NCBI GenBank assembly: GCA_045863335.1 | Contig: BTVY01000073.1 | Coordinates: 1-21,892, forward strand | Origin: Candidatus Hydrogenedentota bacterium | GTDB taxonomy: Bacteria; Hydrogenedentota; Hydrogenedentia; Hydrogenedentales; SLHB01 | Reading direction: 5' to 3' | DNA length: 21,892 bases | Part shown: positions 16,687-21,892 of the stretch, one piece after another | Numbering within the stretch: the first letter of the stretch is position 1 | Layout of the letters: each line of letters starts with the position of its first letter | Position numbers and translations under genes: made by a program | The notes under the pieces: generated by a model | What the model was told of the DNA's origin: nothing | What the model saw: only the letters and a program-made list of their open reading frames with translations | The model's database searches: none

Positions 16687-18116
16687 TTCCGCTCCTCGTC
16701 ACGTTCGGCCGTGCCGGTGTAGGAAGGTCCGCCCGGCGCGTACAGTGCCGCCGCGACTTCCACGAAGGGTTGCCTCTTCTTTTCCTCCGGTATCTCGGGT
16801 CCTTTTAGAATTTTGGTATGGAGTACCGAAACCCAAACGAGGAAAAGCAAAAAGTAGATGAAGCCAAACATTATGATCGAGGAAAGGACCATATTCGCTG
16901 TTACGGCCTTCGACAAGCCTTCACTGGTTTTCAACTCGCCCCAGACGATCCAGGGTTGCCGGCCAACCTCCGCCGCCACCCAGCCGGCTTGATTCGCGAT
17001 GAAACCACCCACCACGCTGAATACGCATACCCACAGCAACCAGCGCTTTTCCCAAAGCGTACCCTTCCATAAGAAGAATGCGCAGGTCAGCGAGAGGGCG
17101 ATGAAATACATTCCCAACGCGACCATAAGGTGATAACTCTGGAAAGACAGGTTGACCGGCGGCCACTCGTCGCGCGGCACCTGGTCGAGTCCGGGCACCG
17201 GGGTCGTGAAATTGTCGTAAACCAGAAACGAAAAGAGATAGGGGATCGCAAAGCCGTACCGCACCGTTTCATTCTCTTCGTCCGGAATGCCCCAAAGGTA
17301 CATGGGCGAACCGTCGTCACCGGTATGGAAGTGTCCTTCAAATGCCGCCAGTTTTGACGGTTGATGTTCGGCGACCATCCGCGCCTGAAAGTGGCCCGAA
17401 ACCGGAGCGATGATGGACATGATCAAGACCAGCCACAGGGCGGGCCGGAACATCTTCTTCGCGGCGCTCACGTGCCGACCGCGCAGCAGGTACCAGGCGC
17501 TCACGCTCATCACGAAAAGCCCGCCAAGAATTCCGCAGCCGATCCAGACATGCGTCAGGCGATGGACGCTGGAAGGATTGAAGACCATGGCCCAGAAATC
17601 CAGGATTTCAGCGCGGGCATCCATCCCTTCTCCCACGATGTGGTAGCCCGCGGGCGTCTGTTGCCAGGAATTGGCGACGGTAATCCAGACGGATGAAAAC
17701 AACGCGCCAAGAGCGACCATGCACGTTGAGAAGAAATGCATTTTGGGTCCAACGCGGTTCCAGCCGAACACCAGCACTGCGAGGAAACCCGATTCAAGGA
17801 AGAACGCGAAGATGCCTTCGGCCGCCAAGGCGGAGCCGAACACATCGCCCACGAAGCGGGAGTAGGTGGCCCAGTTCGTGCCGAACTCGAACTCCATGAC
17901 GATACCGGTCGCGACGCCCATGGCAAAGATGACCGCGAAGATGCCGGTCCAGAACTTCGCCACGGCCTCGTCTTCCGGGTCCCCGGTGCGCAACCAACGC
18001 CATTCCAGCACGACGAGGAGCCACCCGAGCCCGATGGACAAGGGCGGGAAGAGGTAGTGGAACATGATGGTAAAGGCGAATTGCAGGCGGGATAGGGTGA
18101 GAACGTCGAATTCCAT
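16683..18116 (-). CDS. cydA: Cytochrome bd ubiquinol oxidase subunit I (short Q-loop)
   Basis: [42 protein letters not shown] and EVGRQPW motifs. ATG 18116 after GAGGT. Confidence 0.97.
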   Translation of the reverse strand: MEFDVLTLSRLQFAFTIMFHYLFPPLSIGLGWLLVVLEWRWLRTGDPEDEAVAKFWTGIFAVIFAMGVATGIVMEFEFGTNWATYSRFVGDVFGSALAAEGIFAFFLESGFLAVLVFGWNRVGPKMHFFSTCMVALGALFSSVWITVANSWQQTPAGYHIVGEGMDARAEILDFWAMVFNPSSVHRLTHVWIGCGILGGLFVMSVSAWYLLRGRHVSAAKKMFRPALWLVLIMSIIAPVSGHFQARMVAEHQPSKLAAFEGHFHTGDDGSPMYLWGIPDEENETVRYGFAIPYLFSFLVYDNFTTPVPGLDQVPRDEWPPVNLSFQSYHLMVALGMYFIALSLTCAFFLWKGTLWEKRWLLWVCVFSVVGGFIANQAGWVAAEVGRQPWIVWGELKTSEGLSKAVTANMVLSSIIMFGFIYFLLFLVWVSVLHTKILKGPEIPEEKKRQPFVEVAAALYAPGGPSYTGTAERDEERK

Positions 18117-18258
18117 GATCAACCTCGCAACGCGCTACTTCTCCTGCGAGGCGTGGTGGCGCGCAGTGATGCGCCAGATTCCGCTCGTTGATTCGTCTCC
18201 CCGCCCCGTGCGGAGCCGGCCGCAATGCCTGAGGCCGGAGCTTACTCCATGCAACAGC

Positions 18259-19395
18259 CTATGCGGGCCCAAGATTCCGGAATAGGTACAGCCCCTCTTT
18301 TCCCGGCGCAATGATGTCTTTCCAGCCGTTGCCGTTGATGTCTTCCACCCAGAGGTAAATGCCCGTGCCGCTCGCTTGTCCCGCCGGCCCGTAGTCGACC
18401 GTATTTCGAACGAAGCTGCCGCCGTTGATTTCGTAGTAATAAACGCCCAGCGGGTCGCCCGAGCCGGGATCGGCGCCGTTATGTGCGCGGTAGCGTTTGC
18501 CGGTCACTAACTCGGGTTCGCCGTCGTTATCAATGTCCGCAAGTTGCATGTCGTGGAACTGGGAACGGTTCGGCTCGATGTCGTGTTGCGTCCACGTTTG
18601 CTTGCCGTCGGCGTCCTTGGACTGCTCCCACCAGTGCAGGCCGTAGTTGTGCCCTTGGCCCACGATGATGTCGTTCATGCCATCCTTATTGACGTCGATA
18701 ACAATGATGGGACAACTCGCCTGCGCGAAAGCGAAATCGCGGTGCTCTTTCCACTCACCCTCGTAGGGATTCTCCGGCGCTTCGAGCCATCCCCAGCTCA
18801 GCACGATATCTTCATTGCCATCACCGTTGAGGTCGCCAAATCCGATACCGTGCCCGGCGCCTTCTTCGAGGATCTTGGTTTCCTTGAACTCACCCGTACC
18901 CTTGCCATCCGCATCGCGAATGAGTTTGAAGATCGATACCCCCTTGGTATTGGGGATGACTTCGACTTCGCCGTCCTTGTCAATGTCGTAGAAGCAAGGA
19001 CGCTCGATATTGCCCGTCTTGGCAATGACGTGCGTGGTCCATTCGACGGGTTGGCCCTTGGGATTCTCCCGCCACGAGAGGCTTTCACCCCACCACGCGC
19101 CGGTGATGATGTCCGTATAGCCGTCGCCGTTCACGTCCATCGGATAATCGGAGAAATCGTCGTAGTAATCGACCTCGCGCCGGATCGTGCAGATCTTGTG
19201 CGCCGCCTGGAAGTCCGGACCCTCGAACCAATACTCGCCCGAAACGATGTCGATGGCGCCGTCATTGTTGACGTCGAAGGCCGAGCACGCCTCATAGATC
19301 ACGTCGCCAATGCGCTCCCGCTCAAACCGGAGCGAAGCCCCGTCCTCCGCGAATCCGATGAAAGCCGTTGCAAGAGCCAGCGTAACCTGAATCAT
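18259..19395 (-). CDS. Exported FG-GAP/VCBS repeat (DxNxDG) beta-propeller protein
   Basis: Seven repeats: DVNNDG, DVNGDG, DIDKDG, DLNGDG, DVNKDG, DIDNDG and DINGNG. ATG 19395 after AAGGAG; GTG 19413 is an alternative. Confidence 0.88.
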   Translation of the reverse strand: MIQVTLALATAFIGFAEDGASLRFERERIGDVIYEACSAFDVNNDGAIDIVSGEYWFEGPDFQAAHKICTIRREVDYYDDFSDYPMDVNGDGYTDIITGAWWGESLSWRENPKGQPVEWTTHVIAKTGNIERPCFYDIDKDGEVEVIPNTKGVSIFKLIRDADGKGTGEFKETKILEEGAGHGIGFGDLNGDGNEDIVLSWGWLEAPENPYEGEWKEHRDFAFAQASCPIIVIDVNKDGMNDIIVGQGHNYGLHWWEQSKDADGKQTWTQHDIEPNRSQFHDMQLADIDNDGEPELVTGKRYRAHNGADPGSGDPLGVYYYEINGGSFVRNTVDYGPAGQASGTGIYLWVEDINGNGWKDIIAPGKEGLYLFRNLGPA

Positions 19396-19543
19396 GAATT
19401 TCCTCTCCTTCACCGGAAAGCGTTTGTGCTGCTCCGGGCGTGTTACATGAGTGGTCCGAGCATACCAGAATTACTTTGCAAGAGCGAAGGTATTGGCGAC
19501 TCGTCTGGACGAACTAAGGACGAGATGAGTTGAGTTTCGATTG

Positions 19544-19625
19544 GCCACGAAAGAACGCAACAAAAGAGACCGGGTGTGGAGTATTGACCTGTCCCACTTT
19601 CGCGCTCTTTGCGTTCTCTTGCGGC
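19544..19625. repeat. Imperfect 17-bp inverted repeat, REP-like
   Basis: GCCACGAAAGAACGCAA (19544-19560) and TTGCGTTCTCTTGCGGC (19609-19625), 14/17 complementary. Confidence 0.6.
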
Positions 19626-19890
19626 AAATCATATCCAGTCCGATCTCATTTAACCCACGGGTCTGGATCCAGAATTCCCAGGTTTGCGGTTGGATATGGT
19701 CATCGCCGTTTTCTACCCTGTAATCGAGGGCAGCCCGTGCCGTTGGGTACGTTTCTGTATTTGAATGAAAATAAAGCTACCGGAATGTGGGATTTTGCAA
19801 GGTGCTGCGAGTCGGGCGCGGTGTGGAATCGGTTTTGTAAGTGGCTGCTAAATAGGCTTTTGTTGCAATATGTGTGCTTTGTTGCAGTAG

Positions 19891-19907
19891 TTGGCACACA
19901 GGTTGCT
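19891..19907 (+). promoter_or_regulatory. sigma54 (RpoN) -24/-12 promoter
   Basis: TTGGCAC-ACAGG-TTGCT with exact GG-N10-GC spacing, preceded by an AT-rich tract. Predicted +1 near 19918. Confidence 0.8.
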
Positions 19908-19972
19908 CTAGTGTCTGGCACGACGCGGGACCCGAACGGATGGGTCAAGCGCAAAACAAGAGTTGAATCGCA

Positions 19973-20185
19973 ATGACGAATCGAAGACAAGCACATAGCA
20001 GTCGCGTTGCCGAAAGCGCGCGACTTGCCTGCGAGGCCGAAGTGGGCCTTGGGGCGTTTCCGGACCGGCGGTTCACCGCGGGCGAGGCTAACGTCCCCGG
20101 CTCGACGGAGGAAGCGAATCCGCTCATGGAGCGGGCACTGCGCGCCCTCCACGTCGCCGAACAGGTCCGATTCGGCTGGGTCTGA
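19973..20185 (+). CDS. Possible 70-aa small protein downstream of the sigma54 promoter
   Basis: First ATG-initiated ORF after the predicted +1, with a helical-looking C-terminus. It has no clear Shine-Dalgarno and no recognised homology. Confidence 0.4.
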   Translation: MTNRRQAHSSRVAESARLACEAEVGLGAFPDRRFTAGEANVPGSTEEANPLMERALRALHVAEQVRFGWV

Positions 20186-20251
20186 TTAGCCCCTCTACAG
20201 CGTGAGCGCTCTGCTCCCGCTTTGGTTGCTGACTCCGCCACCTTGGACTCC

Positions 20252-20355
20252 GGCCGCGCAACGTACGACTGGCTCCCTCGACCGAATGCTATGCCCGGAG
20301 TATTCGGAAATGTACGTTGCGCGGCCTTCCCCCCCTCCCCGAGGGCGAAGGCCGC
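20252..20355. other. Long stem-loop with a competing downstream stem
   Basis: Perfect 15-bp IR at 20252-20266/20312-20326, inner stem at 20282-20290/20299-20307, and an alternative 9-bp stem at 20321-20329/20347-20355. Confidence 0.65.
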
Positions 20356-20430
20356 AACACATCACGAACCACACGACACGCGAGCCACTACCGTTGAGGA
20401 TATCGTATCGAGTCCCATCTTGGCCCGAAG

Positions 20431-20592
20431 AACATCCCCCTTGATCCCCCTTCAAAGGGGGAATTCAACGGATCTTCGACTGTCACACTTTACGTGTGTA
20501 GCGAGTCTCAAAGCAGGTTACCACTATCTCCAATCCACAACGCAAAACGTTGTGCGCAATTCCCCCTTTGAAGGGGGATCAAGGGGGATGTT
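20431..20592. repeat. REPIN/MITE-like element: perfect 35-bp inverted repeats around a 92-nt spacer
   Basis: AACATCCCCCTTGATCCCCCTTCAAAGGGGGAATT (20431-20465) and its exact reverse complement (20558-20592). Each arm contains the hairpin TCCCCCTT-CA-AAGGGGGA. Confidence 0.85.
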
Positions 20593-20690
20593 GTCCTGCC
20601 CCCAAGAGCCCCGTGTCCCCGTTCGCGCGTCGCAAATGCCAACTCCGCATAGGTCGACCTCGGCGCGGAACCCCTGCGCGACGAACCGCT

Positions 20691-21560
20691 TCAGTCTTCC
20701 AATTCCCGGACCCAGATGTTCCGGAACAGCACCGGATTGCCGTGGTCCTGCAACGAGATCGGCCCTTTGTCCCCATGAGGGACGTAATCCGTTACGGAAT
20801 GGGGCCCGCGCCAACCCGTACCGCCGCTCAACTCCACGTTGTCGTGGACCAGCACCCCGTTATGAAACACGGTGAACGTGGCGGGCTTCACGACTTTCTT
20901 CCGCTTGAACTCGGGCCGGTGGAAAATGATGTCGTAGGTCTGCCATTCGCCCGGTTTGCGGCAGGCGTTCACCAACGGCTTGGCCCGGCCGTACAACGCG
21001 GCGCACTGGCCGTCAAAATAGGTCGTGTTGTCGTACGAATCGAGCACCTGGATTTCGTACCGGCCCATGAGAAACACGCCGCTGTTGCCGCGGCCCTGGC
21101 CCTCGCCCTCCGGTACCGCCGGCGTGGCAAACTCCACATGCAACTGGCACGATCCGAATTCCTGCTTGGATTGGATCATTCCCGAATCTTCGGTGGGCGA
21201 CATGGCGCCGTCGCTCAGGATCCACTTCGTCGCCTCGCCTTCCTTCGTCGACGTCCAGTTCGAGAGGTCCGTCCCATCGAACAACACGATCGCGTCGGAA
21301 GGCGCGGTCCCCGGCGTGTCCTGTGTGCTCGCCGTGCCGGGAGCAACGATGGGCGGCGGCGGGCACTTCGCGGGGTCTTCCTCATGCACCATCACCCCGT
21401 CGATGGTCATGTACCAGACCTCCTTCATCTCCCCCTTCTCGTTCATCTCCATCTTCGACCATTCTTTGATCTTCGGCTTATCCCACTTCGCGTACGCGCC
21501 GGGCGCGAACCCAGCAATTGCCAACCCAACAATCAATCCCCACACTAACCCTCGCTTCAT
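20691..21560 (-). CDS. DUF1080 family exported protein (3-keto-disaccharide hydrolase family)
   Basis: APSDAIVLFDG, QGRGNSGVFL, YEIQVLDS, GEWQTYDI and LQDHGNPVLFRNIW motifs. Signal peptide ending AYA-K, ATG 21560 after AAGGAG. Confidence 0.92.
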   Translation of the reverse strand: MKRGLVWGLIVGLAIAGFAPGAYAKWDKPKIKEWSKMEMNEKGEMKEVWYMTIDGVMVHEEDPAKCPPPPIVAPGTASTQDTPGTAPSDAIVLFDGTDLSNWTSTKEGEATKWILSDGAMSPTEDSGMIQSKQEFGSCQLHVEFATPAVPEGEGQGRGNSGVFLMGRYEIQVLDSYDNTTYFDGQCAALYGRAKPLVNACRKPGEWQTYDIIFHRPEFKRKKVVKPATFTVFHNGVLVHDNVELSGGTGWRGPHSVTDYVPHGDKGPISLQDHGNPVLFRNIWVRELED

Positions 21561-21838
21561 GGTCCCTTCTCCTTCGCTTATCACGGCGCACCAACTTGCG
21601 CCAGCTCCAAGGATAGTACTCCGTTTCGAGCCGGAAACGGGAACACAAGATAGAGGGGGAGTTGCGACTTATGGGCCACCGGCGGCGGTACACGGACGGC
21701 TTTTCAAATAAGCTACCGTCGTGTATACTCTAGATAATCCAATTGTTTGGAGGTGGATCGCCCGTGCAGGGCGAGTGTAGGGTGTTCTCTTCGGAGGTCG
21801 CCCTTTTTCTTAGGGCTACTGCGAATCAGGCTGTTGAG

Positions 21839-21892
21839 TGTCAAAACTTGCTGATAATGTCCTCTTTTGAACTCATTAGAAATGTCCTCTTA
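21839..21892. mobile_element. Terminal inverted repeat of an insertion sequence truncated by the window end (same family as 1-55)
   Basis: TGTCAAAACTTGCTGAT-AATGTCCTCT-TTTGAACTCATTAGA-AATGTCCTCT-TA. TGT start, two AATGTCCTCT copies, aligns with the reverse complement of 1-55. Confidence 0.8.

Noticed and set aside
16683-18116. Defective cytochrome bd (His in YHLMV where Arg is usual; no cydX)
   Set aside because: The heme-ligand motifs and GRQPW are intact, and short-Q-loop enzymes normally lack CydX.
19916-19931. Second sigma54 promoter (TGGCACG)
   Set aside because: No TTGC/GC -12 element at the required spacing.
19530-19976. 148-aa ORF and the overlapping 150-aa minus-strand ORF (19700..20152)
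   Set aside because: Atypical composition, and they span REP and/or promoter DNA, so they are probably non-coding.
19918-20360. tmRNA, RNase P RNA, SRP RNA, or c-di-GMP or cobalamin riboswitch
   Set aside because: No tRNA-like ends or T-loop, no GAGGAAAGTCC, and no GEMM or B12-box core recognisable on either strand by eye. An Rfam scan is still needed.
21800-21838. XerCD dif/xrs site beside the IS end (a known target of an IS1202 subgroup)
   Set aside because: Only TGCGAA weakly resembles a XerC arm, and there is no TTATGTTAAAT-like XerD arm at the right spacing at either end.
1-21892. Whole window as a circular element or proven composite transposon
   Set aside because: The inner flanks (AATCTGAC... 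after 55 and ...CTGTTGAG before 21839) share no target duplication. The cargo is housekeeping, and the outer IS ends are not visible.

Overview
GC-rich bacterial window that looks like a complete contig: both ends stop about 55 nt inside related TGT-ended insertion-sequence termini (IS1202/ISNCY-like by recall). Gene content suggests a PVC- or Hydrogenedentota-like diderm organism, which is an inference only. In order, it carries a divergent IscU/NifU-N-like Cys-rich protein, ispG, a secreted and membrane-anchored TPR protein, and a HEAT+YbjN-like / pentapeptide-repeat / MBL-hydrolase operon. Next come minus-strand argC-argJ-argB followed by exbB-exbD-tonB-like-Zn-ribbon membrane protein genes. 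These are followed by exported carbohydrate-type proteins (YidR/DUF3748-like propeller, Tat-exported Gfo/Idh/MocA, DUF6807/PmoA-like, FG-GAP, DUF1080), a DUF6901-like protein and cydAB. Intergenic DNA holds four unrelated REP-like palindromes, a 9-nt tandem repeat and a near-consensus sigma54 promoter in front of a structured ~440-nt region with a 70-codon ORF. I found no CRISPR array, rRNA, tRNA or intact transposase. The best candidates for something undescribed are the IscU-like protein beside ispG, the four-gene Exb/Ton-like module with a Zn-ribbon partner, and the orphan sigma54 unit. All family calls are motif recognition by eye, with no database searches.
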